The notes: a model not told the origin generated them from the letters alone. A DNA stretch of 64,000 nt from the human T2T-CHM13v2.0 reference genome, Homo sapiens (GCF_009914755.1 NC_060927.1); one strand, 5' to 3'. Positions 14,791 through 27,957 are shown, numbered from the stretch's first letter. Made by a program: numbers and translations.

Positions 14791-15701
14791 GGGACTTTTG
14801 CATTGTATTGTTTATGTGCGGATATTGATTCCTCAAAGAGATGGTGAACCATCAAACAAAGGGGTCAGTGGTTGACCTAGTCAGGCACCCTGAGATGTAA
14901 AGAGAGTTTCTTCTAAGTCCTAAAAGTCAAAGTGAATATTCAGTATTAACTTTATTGTATAAGTGCCATTTTGGGGAGATTAGTGATGTTTCTGTTGGGT
15001 GAAGAACAGGGCAAGGGTGGTGCTTGGAGAGCTCTTTTAAACTCGCATGCTTCTCTATTAGAATAGATCCTCCTACATAAGTGTGTGGATGCAGATGTGT
15101 GCCCTCCCATAGTATCACCACTGAGAATCACTGCATAGTAAGGCATAGTTAATGGGTGGGATGTGTTCTGCTTCTCAGATGAATTGGGCAGAGAACCACT
15201 GATGTAGGCAATATTGAAAACACTTAAATTTCTTTTGCTTTTAAAAACACTTTAGCAGGAGTTTCACACTCACCACCTTGAACAGAGGTTGAATTGAACC
15301 CTTGGTGTATAGTAAAGTTTTTAATAAAGAGGTTCTATCATTCATCCATTTACCTGCCTTCTTTATCTAGAAGATTCTTACACTAAAATGGATAAAATCA
15401 ACATGTTTTCTCTTTACCTACTGCAAGGCATGAGGATGCAATGGAAAAAGAATTGGACTAAGACTGTAGGAGTCTATGTAGCAATCAGGTCGTCCTTACC
15501 AGGTCATCCTTAGCAAGGCAGTTACCCACTTAGCTTTTTAAAAATTTTCCTAAGCTTTGGTTTTAACATGAGAGATGAAAAAATTGTTCTTAGTGATCTC
15601 AGATGTTCTTTTTAATGCTAACATTGTAAGATTCTTGGAACCTGGATGTTAATTAACAACATTAAATAAGCAAGGGACAATTTCTAAGGCAATCTGGCTA
15701 A

Positions 15702-16037
<336 letters not shown>

Positions 16038-18912
16038 CTTTCACAGTATTTTTATAGAAATTTAGCCTCCATGGCATGCTGCGACAGCTGGGGAGGAGGA
16101 GAAAGTGTCAGAATTGTTCAGATGGAGACATCTAGGTGATGGATTATAGGTTAAATCACCTTCAGATTTGCCCACGCACTTTCCTTATAAGCAGGAAATA
16201 GATTCCTGATCAGTTATGACTTCAACACCTTTAGGCATGCCCATTATAAATGTCAATTGTCTTGACCATTGTTCTCTGTAGTCAAAAAAAAAAAAAAAAA
16301 AAAAGCTTCCATTAGACTAGTGATTTGGTGATCTGGGCTAATAGGGGATGTGGCTACCGATAATCCAGTAGCCTCAGTTTGGTTGTACGTTGTAGCCTTT
16401 TCCTGAAATAACCTTTGTTAGTGCTCCTAACAAAATTCATCCTATTACCTCTTTCTGCCCATCTCTCACTACCTCCTTTTGTCTTCTAACTCGAGCTGAA
16501 GTTAGATGAAGGATGAAGACTATATTAAATTGAAAAAATGAAGACCCACTAAATTCATAAATATTATAACCAGCCTTTGTAAAAATAAGATATTATTCTG
16601 TATGATAATTGCTAGCTTTTGAAAATTGTTCTTTCATAATTTTCCCAATAACAAGTTGGTCGATAGATTGGTATTTTAAATTTGTAGATTTTGTCAAAAA
16701 AAAAAGATAAATTTTAAAATTACAAAACAAAAAACTCCCTTTTCATTTGTATGTTCATTTCATCAGTTTGGAATTTTTCTTACACCCTTCTTCATTTGTA
16801 TAATTGTCAAGCCAAGAGGGCTGATGTCTAGTCCTAACAGCTATAATAATTTTCATATAGCATTTTCATTTAGTAACAATACATATCTGTGTAGCAGTGT
16901 GGTAAAAACATCTTACAAAATGCAATCATGTGTTGCAGGGCAACCCTAAGAGAATGTGCAGTAACTGTACAATTTTAATTGTTTAAAAATTTTCAGGAAA
17001 AACAATGTAGAACATCCTGCTGACAGATGGTGATTGTCTTCAGTGTGCTAATTTGCATTGTGAATTCCTGGGCTGGGGTAATAGTAGAATTGAGCAATTC
17101 TGAGGACATTTTAGTGAAATTCTGGATTCACAAAAGGCCAGAGAAGTGAAAGAATGAATTGATTCAAGGTTAAGGTAGCCAAAGATGAAGGACTGGAGAA
17201 AGATGACAGAAAAAAAGGAGAGCAGAGCCCAGGGAGACGGTAGCTCAGCTGATGAGGCAGGTGGCAGCCAGGACAGCCGTTTCCACCTTAAACAGAAGGG
17301 AGTGGATCTGGGACTCAGACTGAAAAAGACTCTTTGGAGTCCTAAAGGGGGGCTGTCACAGTTGCCATTACTAAAGAGGGCTCAATTTGCAAAATAAGCC
17401 CACTAAGGCTCCTTATTACCCTGAGGCATTGTGCCTGCATTTTTAGTAGCTGGCCTGCCTGCCTTTAATGGGACACATTAGGCTATCTGCAGGCTTGGAT
17501 AACCATGGATAATTGAGACTAGTGAGATAAAGCTCACCAAAATGCAAAGCCATGATTGCTTTTTCCAGGGAAAATAATCTCTTGATTAAAGTTAGGTTAA
17601 GCATTTTACTAATTACTCACCAATTATTTCCTCTCCCATAACAAATTTAGATACTATGCACACTAAGAAGGAACAGATGCAACATACCTTTGGATATTTC
17701 CAGCCACTGCTTCCAGACCTAAATTACAGACCCACTTTCATTTTTGCTAAGCATAGAAACTGCTGGGAAATACTCACCTGATGTTACAGCCATTAGGGCT
17801 CAAGAGCCCATTTACAAAGACATTTTACGACTTTGCCAGGTTCTCCCTTCCCCTTCCTCCTCCTTTTTCTGGCCATTTTGGAGTAGGATTCCTTCCATCT
17901 GTTTGTCTAAGAAAAAATAATAGATCATTTGCTTGTGTTAATGATTGAAGCTATGCCCCAATCTAGTCTTTTAAGTATTCTCAAAGACCTAGAGACAGAC
18001 TAGACCAGGTTTCTTGGAGAAAGAAAAACAGTCACATAATCTTTTATATTTTCTGTAATAATTTCTTTTCTCCAATCAGGGCTTCCACCATAACACATTG
18101 AAAAGTACTCACTCATCATCTGCTCTCCTTTGATTAAAAGGTTATCTACATTGATGATAAGGATTTCTTTTAACTGAATCTTAGACCTTTGATACCAGAT
18201 TTTGTTAAAGCCAATCTGCTTTTGTCACAAATTTTCTTATAAACAGCCCTTATCTTTTTTCTGCTAACTATTTAATAGGCTATGGAATGGCTTTAAAAAC
18301 AAAGAAGAGCCAACCAGTTCTAATAGACTTTGACCATATCTGAAACGTAAAGAGAGATGATAAGATAACCTTATTATTAATGCAGAGCAAAGAGGACCCT
18401 AAGATAAGGTTCCTCTTTTTCCCCTGCCAGGAAAAGGAAGTCACTCCAAGGGAATACCTGTACCTGAGACTGTCCTGCTAAAGCTTCACCAAGCTCATGA
18501 GAAATATGAAATGATCATTTTGATCTACCTGAAATACATAGAACTTGTACCCAGAAATTCTTTACATTGACAAATAGTTATGGACTTGAATTGGCTGTGT
18601 GCTGGACTTGAAGTTTTGGGGTAAGGAAATGATAGTCTTGAGAGTTCCATGTTCTAAGAAATCACTTCTGGTTTATTCTTGGGTAGTGATAGCCAAGGAT
18701 TTGTCAGAGACTGGGAAGCTAAGCTTCTGGGCCTTGTTTTGGACCTGTGCTTTCATAGCTGTATATTATTTTTCATCACAGGAAACTGAAAAAGTAGAAA
18801 CAAACGAACAAAAATGTATCTTTGATACTTTTTCCAAATTCCTCAGATTCTCCTATTTTTGTATGTAATTCATAAAATATAGTTTATGAAAAACTACTCA
18901 ATGTTTTTCAGC

Positions 18913-19203
18913 TGGCTCACGCTTGTAATTCCAGCACTTCAGGAGGCTGAGGCGGGTGGTTCACTTGAAGTCAGGAGTTCGAGACTAGCCTGGCCAACAT
19001 GAGGAAACCCCGACTCTGCTAAAAATACAAAAATTAGCCAGGTGTGGTGGCATACGCCTGTAATCCCAGCTACTCAAGAGGCCGAGGCACTAGAATCACT
19101 TGAACCCAGGAGGCGGAGGTTGCAGTGAGCGGAGATCATGCCACTGCACTCCAGCCTGGGTGACAGAGAGAGCCTCCATTTCAAAAAACAAACAAACAAA
19201 AAG
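18913..19203 (+). mobile_element. AluS
   Basis: Full Alu with (CAAA)n tail. Confidence 0.9.
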
Positions 19204-19389
19204 AATATTTTTCTGATACTTTAATGATAGAGTGTGCCTAAATAACAAGAGAACAAAACTTTTTTTTCTATTTCTGTTTCTCAATTCCCATCCATATTGC
19301 CCTACCCCTGCCAACCATGACATGTTCTCAACCTGGTTAGCCTGGTCCTATACAGTGAAAAGGATTTTTTTTTTTTTTTTTTTTTTTTT

Positions 19390-19777
19390 GAGCAACAGCG
19401 GCTGTTTATTTCACCTGGGTGCAGGCGGGCTGAGTCCGCAAAAGGAGTCAGCAAAGGGTGGTGGGATTATCATTAGTTCTTATAGGTTTTGGGATGGGCG
19501 GTGGAGTTAAGAACAATGTTTTGGGGGCAGGGGGTGGATCTCACAAAGTACATTCTCAAAGGTGGGGAGATTACAAAGAACCTTCTTAAGGGTGGGGGAG
19601 ACTACAAAGTACATTGATCAGTTAGGCTGGGGCAGAAACAAATCACAATGGTGGAATGTCATCAGTTAAGGCTATTTTCACTCCTTTTTGTGGATCTTCA
19701 GTTACTTCAGGCCATCTAGATGTATACTGCAGGTCACTGGGGATATGATGGCTTGGCTTAGGCTCAGAGGCCTGACA
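19390..19777 (-). mobile_element. HERV-H 3' LTR, U3+R only (LTR7B/type II-like), U5 absent
   Basis: Starts TGTCAGGCCTCTGAGCC after PPT AAGAAGACAGGAA (19778-19790); type II repeats; TATAA ~19480; AATAAA 19405-19410. Confidence 0.9.
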
Positions 19778-20182
19778 TTCCTGTCTTCTTATATTAATAA
19801 GAAAAATAAAACAAAATAGTGGTAAAGTGTTGGGGTGGCGAAAATTTTTGGGGGTTGTATGGAGAGATAATGGGCGATGTTTCTCAGTGCTGCTTCGAGC
19901 GGGATTAGGGGCGGCGTGGGAACCTAGAGTGGGAGAGATTAAGCTGAAGGAAGATTTTGTGGTAAGGGGTGATATTGTGGGGTTGTTAGAAGAAACATTT
20001 GTCATATAGAATGATTGCTGATGGCCTGGATACAGTTTTGGATGAATTGAGAAACTAAACGGAAGATACGAGGTCCGAATAAGAGAAGGAGAAAAACAGG
20101 TATTAAAGGACTAAGAATCGGGAGGACCCAGGACATCCAATTAGAGTGTCCAAGGGGGTCCAAGCGGGGTTAGCGTAATTAC

Positions 20183-20503
20183 TTACTTGGTTGGCAAGCT
20201 TTTAGGCTCTATCTTTGAGTTTTTTTTAATGTCGTCATATACCAGGCCAGATTGATTTAGGTAAAAACAGCACTCTTCATTTAAAAACATAGAGTCCCCC
20301 TTTTTTTTTAGCAGTGAGTAAGTCAATACCTTGGTGATTTTGGAGGAAAGAGAAATACAAAGCCAGCAAAAAGGATTAGAAATGGCTAGGAGAGAGTGAC
20401 TGAGATTGATAGTGTGGTGGAGATAGCTGGAGAGAGGTAGAGGGTGGCATAAGAATGGGAATGAGAATAAGAGTAAGCATAAAAGTAAAGAACAGGACTT
20501 CAT
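20183..20503 (-). pseudogene. HERV-H env remnant: signal-peptide-like start fused by deletion to the TM region
   Basis: FLNEECCFYLNQSGLVYD motif following a frameshifted immunosuppressive-domain/CX6CC region. Confidence 0.8.
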
Positions 20504-20799
20504 CAGGGTGAAACTGTTGGAGGGTACTTTGTCACTGAAGATCTTCTATCCACTTAGAGACTTAAGGGTGGCAGTTTGAGGTAAAACCAGGCACCACTGA
20601 ATACCAAGAGCCTGAGAAACTGCTTGGGTGATTTGACTAGTAAAGGCTGGTCCATTATTGGACTGTATAAAGGTGGGAAGCCCAAACCGAGGAATTATGT
20701 CTGACAGAAGGGAAGAAATGACTGCAGTGGCTTCTTAGACCCTGTGGGAAAGGCCTCTACCCATCCAGTGAAAGTGTCTACCCAGGCCAAGAGTTATTT

Positions 20800-22898
20800 T
20801 AGTTTCCTGACACGAGGCATCTGAGTAAGGTCAATTTGCCAGTCCTGGGTGGGCAAATCCCCGAACTTGATGTGTAGGGAAGGGAGGGGGCCTGAGAAAT
20901 TCTTGAGGAGTAGTAGAATAGCAGATGGAACACTGAGAAGTGATTTCCTTGAGGATAGATTCCCACAATGAAAAGGAAATGAGAGGTTCTAAGAGGCAGG
21001 CTAGCGGCTTGTAACCTACATGGAAGAGGTTATGAAATGACAACAGAATAGAATGGGCCTGTGAGGTTGGAAGGAGATATTTTCTTTGGTCCAGGAACCA
21101 TTTGCCTTGTGCGGGAAGAGATAGGTGGAAGTTTCAGCGAGGGAGTAGGTGGGAGTGGCCCGATGAGAAGGAGAAAAACTGCCGTGAGGGATACAAGTTG
21201 GAACGCTAGCTGCTTTTTTAGCTATCTTATCAGCATAAGCATTGTCCTGAGCAATGGGATCTGATGCCTTTTGATGGCCTTTGCAGTGAATGACTCCATC
21301 TTTCTTTGGAAGTAAAGGGGCCTTGAGAAGAGTTTTTATTAAGGAGGCATTAATGATGGAGGACCCTTGCCTAGTGAGGAAATTTCTTTCTGCCCATATA
21401 ACAGCATGGTGGTGCAGGATGTGAAAGGCATATTTAGAGTCAGTATAAATATTGACGCATAGTCGCTTTGCAAGAGTGAGAGCTCAAGTTAAGGCAGTCA
21501 GTTTGGCTTGCTGAGAGGTAGTGGAGGGGGGCAGAGCGGTAGCCTGAATGATACTATAGCATAGCTTGCCTTTGCTGGTGAGTGGTGATTAGGCCTGGTA
21601 GAACTGCCATCAATAAACCAAGTGTGATCAGGGTGATAAACAGGAATGAAGGAAACATGGGGAAATGGAGTGGATGTCAGGTGGATCAGAGAGATACAGT
21701 CATGGGGGTCAGGTGTGGTATCCAGAATAATGTGTGAGGCTGGAATGAAGTCCGGGCCAGGAACGACGATAACTGTGGGAGACTCAACAAAGAGTGAGTA
21801 CAGCTGAAGAAGCCGGGGAGCAGAAAGTATATGTGTCAGGTGTGAGGAAGAAAATAGATTTTGGAAGTTATGAGAACTGTAGAGAGTGAGTTGAGCATAG
21901 TTTGTGATTTTGAGGGCCTCTAAAAGTATTAAGGCAGCGGCAGCCACTGCACGCAGACGTGAGGGCTAGGCTAAAACAGTAAGGTCAAGTTGTTTGGACA
22001 GAAAGGCTACAGGGCGCAGTCCCGGCTCTTGTGTGAGAACTCCGACCACACAGCCCTGCACTTCGGCTGTATGTAATGAAAAGGGAGTGATGAGTTAGGG
22101 AGAGCCAGTGTGGGAGCAGCTTTTAGGGCTGTTTTTTAAGGAATGGAAAGGGGAGTAGGGAAAGGATTTAGGATCTGTGGGGTCAACTAGGTTTGCTTTT
22201 GTGAGTTTATATAATGGTTTAGTCAGGATGGCAAAACTAGATATCCAAAGGCAGAAGTACCTAACCATGCCCAGGAAGGAAAGGAGTTGTTGTTTTGTAG
22301 AAGGGGTTGGGGTTTGGGAGATTAACCGGACGTGATCAGCAGGGAGAGCACGTGTGTTTTCATGCAGAATTATGTCGAGATAGGTAATGGATGATGAAGA
22401 AATTTGGGTTTGACTAAAGTAATGGGGGCTGTCTGTGAAGCCTTGTGGAGTACAGCCCAGGTAATTTGCTGAGCCTGATGGGTGTCAGGGTCAGTCCAAG
22501 TGAAAGCAAAGAGAGGCTGGGATGAAGGGTGCAAGGAATAGTAAAGAAGACATGTTTGAAATCCAGAATAGAATACTGGGTTGTGGAGAGGTTGTGGAGG
22601 GAGGTATTGAGGATAGGAGAGTATATGGCTTTGGCATCATGGGGTGCATAGGCAAGACAATTTGGTTGATAAGGCACAGATCCTGAACTAACCTGCAAGT
22701 CGTGTCCGGTTTTTGGACAGGTAAAATGGGGGAACTGTAAGAAGAGTTTATAGGCTTTAAAAGGCCATGCTGTAACAGGCGAGTGATAACAGGCTTTAAT
22801 CCTTTTAAAGCATGCTGTGGGATGGGATATTGGCATTGAGCAGGGTAAGGGTGATTAGGTTTTAATGGGATGGTAAGGGGTGCATGATCGGTCACCAA
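20800..22898 (-). pseudogene. HERV-H pol remnants (RT N-terminus, RNase H, integrase pieces), frameshifted and deleted
   Basis: QYPIP...SPILPVQKPD...RLVQDL (RT); TWFIDGSS (RNase H); CSICYSTTP (integrase zinc-binding region). Confidence 0.88.
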
Positions 22899-22916
22899 GG
22901 AGGGAGTAGAGGTGTC

Positions 22917-23276
22917 CTATACTTGTGGTTTAAGGTGGGGAGATACAAGGAGAGGATGTGAAGGAGGCTTTGAACTGGAGAAAAGGGCGGCAATGAGGTG
23001 TGGCTGTAGCCCAGGAATAGTCAGGGAAGCAGATAATTTAGTTAAAATGTCTTGACCTAATAAGGGAGCTGGGCAGGTGGGGATAACTAAAAAGGAGTGC
23101 ATAAAAGAATGTTGTCCAAGTTGGCACCAGAGTTGGGGAGTTTTAAGAGATTTAGAAGCCTGGCCGTCAATACCCACAACAGTTATGGAGGCAAGGGAAA
23201 CAGGCCCTTCAAAAGAAGGTAATGTGGAGTAGGTAGCCTCCGTATTGATTAAGAAGGGGATGGACTTACCCTCCAC
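22917..23276 (-). pseudogene. HERV-H protease, catalytically dead
   Basis: FLINTEATYS in place of FLIDTGA; LLGQDIL motif. Confidence 0.85.
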
Positions 23277-23424
23277 TGTAAGAATTACCTAAAGCATCTG
23301 TGATGGTCCAGGAGGCTTCCGAGGCGATCGGGCAGTGTCAGTCTTCAGCCGCTAAGCCGAGAAGATCTGGGAAGGGGCCTTGGGCCAGAGTTCCAGGGGC
23401 TCTGGGAGTGGCTGCCGGGCGAGT

Positions 23425-24570
23425 TGGACAGTCCGATTTCCAGTGGGGTCCCGCACAGATGGGACATGGCTTGGGAGGAATCCCGGGCTGCGGGCATTCC
23501 TTGGCCCAGTGGCCAGATTTCCGGCACTTGTAGCAAGCTCCTGGGGTGGGGGGAGGTTCTGGAGGAACCCCTGGCAGCTGCGGTTCAGGTGTTTGGAGTT
23601 CTTGTGTGCTGGAGATGTGGCTGGGGTTTGTCTCACAGTGGAGGCAAGGAATTACAACTTAGAAATACATTGCTACTTGGCTGCCTCTACTCTATTATTG
23701 TACACCTTGAAGGCGAGGTTAATTAAGTCCTGTTGTGGGGTTTCATAATTTTTGGAGCTTTATTTAATATCGGGAGCAGATTGGGTAATAAAATAAAATG
23801 CATATTGAGAATAAGACGGCCTTCTGACCTTACAGGGTCTAGGGCTATAAAGCATCTCAGGGTTGCTGCCAAACGGGCCATGAACTGGGCTGGGTTTTTA
23901 TATTTGATGAAAAAGAGCCTAAACGCTATCTGATTTGGGATAAAGAAAAAAGAGCACTAACCTTGACTATGCCTTTAGCTCCAGCCACCCTTTAAAGAGG
24001 AAATTGCTGGGCAGGTTGGGGAGGGCTAGTCACGGAATGAAACTGTAAGCCAGACCGGTGTGAGGAGGGGAGGTGATAGAAGGATTATAGGGTCGGGGAG
24101 CAGAGGCTGAGGAAGAATTGGGACCTGGCTTGGCCTGGCGAGGAGCAGCCTGGGGAGAAGGGGAGAGGTCACATGAGTCCATAGAAAAGAAGGATTCAAA
24201 GGACTCAGAGCTTGGGGTGGAGACTGAAGGAACAGACAGGAGAGAAAGAAGAAAGATTTGGGATGAGTCGCATTGGGAGCAGAGACTAGGGAGGGACCGA
24301 CGTGTAAAAGAATGCCTGGATGTCAGGCACCTCAGACCATTTGCCCATTTTTTGACAAAAATTATCTAGGTCTTGTAGGATGGAGAAATCAAAAGTGCCA
24401 TTTTCTGGCCATTTAGAACCATTGTCGTGTTTGTATTGGGGCCAAGCAGTGTTGCAGAAGAAAATAAGACGCTTAGATTTTAGGTCAGGCAAGAGTTGAA
24501 GAGGTTTTAAGTTCTTGAGAACATAGGCTAAGGGAAAAGGAGGAATGAAGGGTGGAAGGTTGCCCATGGT
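23425..24570 (-). pseudogene. HERV-H gag remnant (MA N-terminus, NC zinc knuckles)
   Basis: MGNLPP...FFCNTAWPQY...WPENGTFD; [14 protein letters not shown] and [13 protein letters not shown] at ~23425-23535. Confidence 0.88.
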
Positions 24571-25122
24571 GAAGGAGGCAAGTTTAAAGAGAAGGGTAGA
24601 GACACGGAGAAAGGGGGCGGGCAGCAGCCCCAGGCTGCAGCGTGGGTGAGCAGCCAAAGCAGGTGTCCCTGCAATTGACTTGCCACCAAGGGAATGTGGG
24701 TGAATGACCAAGGCAGGCGTCCCTGCGGAGATCAGACACCAATGGAACGTGGGCGAATAATCAGAGAGGCATCCCCGCAGTGATTAAACACCAAGGAAAG
24801 GCTGTCTTCCCGAGTCCGTGACAGACGCCGGAGTTTTGGGTCCACGGATAAAAGGTGTCTCCTTTGTCTCTACCAGAAAATGAAAGGAATTGAAATTAAG
24901 AGAAGGGAGAGATTGAAGGATGGCTCCAAGATTGAAAGGAGAAAGAGGTTGAGGGATAGTGAGAGAGGTTGGAGAAGAGAGTAAAAAGAGGCCACTTACC
25001 CAATTTAAAATCAGTGAGATGTTCCTTGGGCTGGTTGGTCTGAGGACCCGAGGTTGTAGGTGGATCTCTTCATGGAGTGAGGGTGAGGACAGGGGACTGG
25101 TCTCCCGAAGGAGTCCCACTGA

Positions 25123-25140
25123 CCCGGGTCTTTGGCACCA
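25123..25140 (-). other. HERV-H primer-binding site, aberrant and Phe-like
   Basis: TGGTGCCAAAGACCCGGG located 2 nt after the U5 end. Confidence 0.75.
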
Positions 25141-25142
25141 AG

Positions 25143-25248
25143 TGTCTCACGTGTCTGTGTGAAGAGACCACTAAACAGGCTTTGTGTGAGCCACAAGGCT
25201 GTTTATTTCACCTGGTGCAGGCGGGCTGAGTCTGAAAAAGGAGTCAGC
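25143..25248 (-). mobile_element. HERV-H 5' LTR, R+U5 only (no U3)
   Basis: GCTGACTCC...AATAAACAGCC...GGTCTCTTCACACAGACACGTGAGACA; homology to the 3' LTR stops exactly at GCTGAC. Confidence 0.9.
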
Positions 25249-25444
25249 CGGATTTCTTTTGATGAGTTATACATTCATTATTTTTTTCCCTCCATCTCAC
25301 CAAGAAAGATGAATTAGCAATTTAAAAACATCAACTCTGCAAGAGACCTACCCATGAACCAGCTAAGGCTGTGGTTCTCAAAGTGTGGTCCGGGGACCAG
25401 GACCATCACCATCACCTGGGAACTTGTTAGAAGTGCTCATTCTT

Positions 25445-25752
25445 GGCCGGGTGCAGTGGCTCACGCCTGTAATCCAAGCACTTTGGGGGGCCGAGGCGGG
25501 TGGATCACCTGAGGTCAGGTGTTCAATACCAGCCTGGCCAACATGGTGAAACCCCATCTCAACTAAAAATACAAAAATTAGCCGGGCATGATGGCAGGTG
25601 CCTTTAGTCCCAGCTACTCAAGAGGCTGAGGTGGGAGAATCACTTGAACCCAGGAGGCAGAGGTTGCAGTGAGCTGAGGTTGCGCCATTGCCCTACAGCC
25701 TAGGCGACAAAGTGAGGCTCCGTCTCAAAAAACAAAACAAAACAAAAAAACA
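25445..25752 (+). mobile_element. AluS
   Basis: Full Alu; TSD AAGTGCTCATTCT. Confidence 0.92.
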
Positions 25753-25771
25753 GAAGAAGTGCTCATTCTCA

Positions 25772-26074
<303 letters not shown>

Positions 26075-26482
26075 TCATTCTCAGGCCACTCCCCAGACAT
26101 TCGCAGTCAGAAATGTTGAGGGTGGGGCCCAGCCATCTGTGTTTAACAAGCTGGCTAGGTAATGCTGATGCGTGCTAAATTTCAGGAATCCTTGATTTAT
26201 AGCAGAGTTTCTCAGACTTTTAATGTGCCTAGAAATCACCTGCAGATTTTGCTAAAAAAACAAATTCTGATCGCTTGGCCTGGAATGATTTTTGTCAACA
26301 TTTCTAATTAGCTCCCAAGTGATGCTAACGCTGCTGGTCCTAGGACCACATTTTGTGAGTAGCAAGGATCTGAAGAACTGTCATAAGGCAGGCACTCCAA
26401 GAACTACTACGAGAAGCAGGCTGTATCAAAATTCTAAATTTCCCAGTAGCTCCTAGGAAATACTCCTAAAAGAGGAAGAAGG

Positions 26483-26803
<321 letters not shown>

Positions 26804-26893
26804 AAGAGGAAGAGTTTCATGCATAGAGTATTGATCATAGCATTTATTTTAATAGAAAATAAATAGCTTAACTGCTCAATAATAGGGAAATAT

Positions 26894-27526
26894 AGTTAGT
26901 TAATCCTCGTTATTCACAGATACTATATTTGCAAATTCACCTAGTGGCTAGAATCTATTTTTAACTCCCAAATCAATACTCCTGGTGCTTTTAAAGTCAT
27001 TTGCAGACATGCACACAACAGCAAAAAAACTGAGTCACCTGACATAACACACTCCCAGCTGGGGTCGAACAAGATGAGGCTCTGCCTTCTTGTTTTAGCT
27101 CTCCTATTGTAAACAACTGTCCTTCTTGAGGTCTACTTAGTGCCCTGTTTTTTGCATTTTTGTTGGTGATTTCACTGTTTAAAATGGTGCCAAAGCATAG
27201 TGTTGAAATGCTGTCTAGTGTTCCTGAGCCCAAGAAGGCTATGATGTGCCTTACAGAGAAGTTCCATTTAGGCATGAGTTATTGTGCAGTTGGCCATGAG
27301 TTTGATAATAATAAATCAACAATATAGATTATGCAAAGTGTCCTTAAACAGAAGCACACATAAAACAAGGTTATGTATTGATCAGTTGACAAGCATGTTG
27401 TGACCAGAGGCTTACAGAAACCTAACCCTATACTTCCCCTAGGAGCAATGGCTCAATATTCACTAGTTCAGTGCTCACTGAGGCTTTATAGAATGTAGCT
27501 ATTATGAATAACAAGACTTAACTGTA
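26894..27526. mobile_element. Tigger-family DNA transposon (MER82-like)
   Basis: Terminal inverted repeats AGTTAATCCTCGTTATTCA ... TGAATAACAAGACTTAACTG. Confidence 0.7.
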
Positions 27527-27594
27527 GTTAATAATCAATATGCTGCCATTTTAAAAGGATGATGATGAAGTCTATCCAATAATATAAAAAATGT

Positions 27595-27957
27595 ACACTA
27601 GTCCCCCCTTATCCATAGGGGATATGGTTCAAGACCTCCCAGTAGATACCTGAAACTGCAGATAGTATCGAACCCTATACATACCAGATATTTTTCCTAA
27701 ACATATATACCTATGATAAAGTTTAATTTATAAATTAGGAATAGTAAGAGATTAGCAACAATAACTAATAACATAGAAAAATTATAACAATAGACTAATA
27801 AAACTTTGTGAATGTGATCTCTTTCTCTCTCTCAAAATATGTTACTTATCCAATATCTTACTCATCAAAATATCTTACTCATCTATTTTCGGACCATGGT
27901 TGACCAAGGTAACTGAAACTGTGGAAAATGAAACTGCAAATAAGTTAAGACTACTGT
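27595..27957. mobile_element. MER44A (Tigger7 derivative)
   Basis: TAGTCCCCCCTTATCC start, ...GACTACTGTA end. Confidence 0.75.

Larger units (their letters stand above)
19365..25249 (-). mobile_element. HERV-H (deleted ~5.8 kb type) present as a polyadenylated RNA retrocopy: R-U5 / internal / U3-R / A25
   Basis: LTR7-family sequence at both ends, gag/pro/pol/env remnants, poly(A) at 19365-19389, TSD GGATTT(T/C)TTTT at 19362 and 25250. Confidence 0.93.

Noticed and set aside
19365-25249. HERV-H as a conventional provirus or a source of functional proteins
   Set aside because: LTRs are incomplete in an RNA-like pattern; the protease catalytic Asp is lost; gag, pol and env are frameshifted or deleted.
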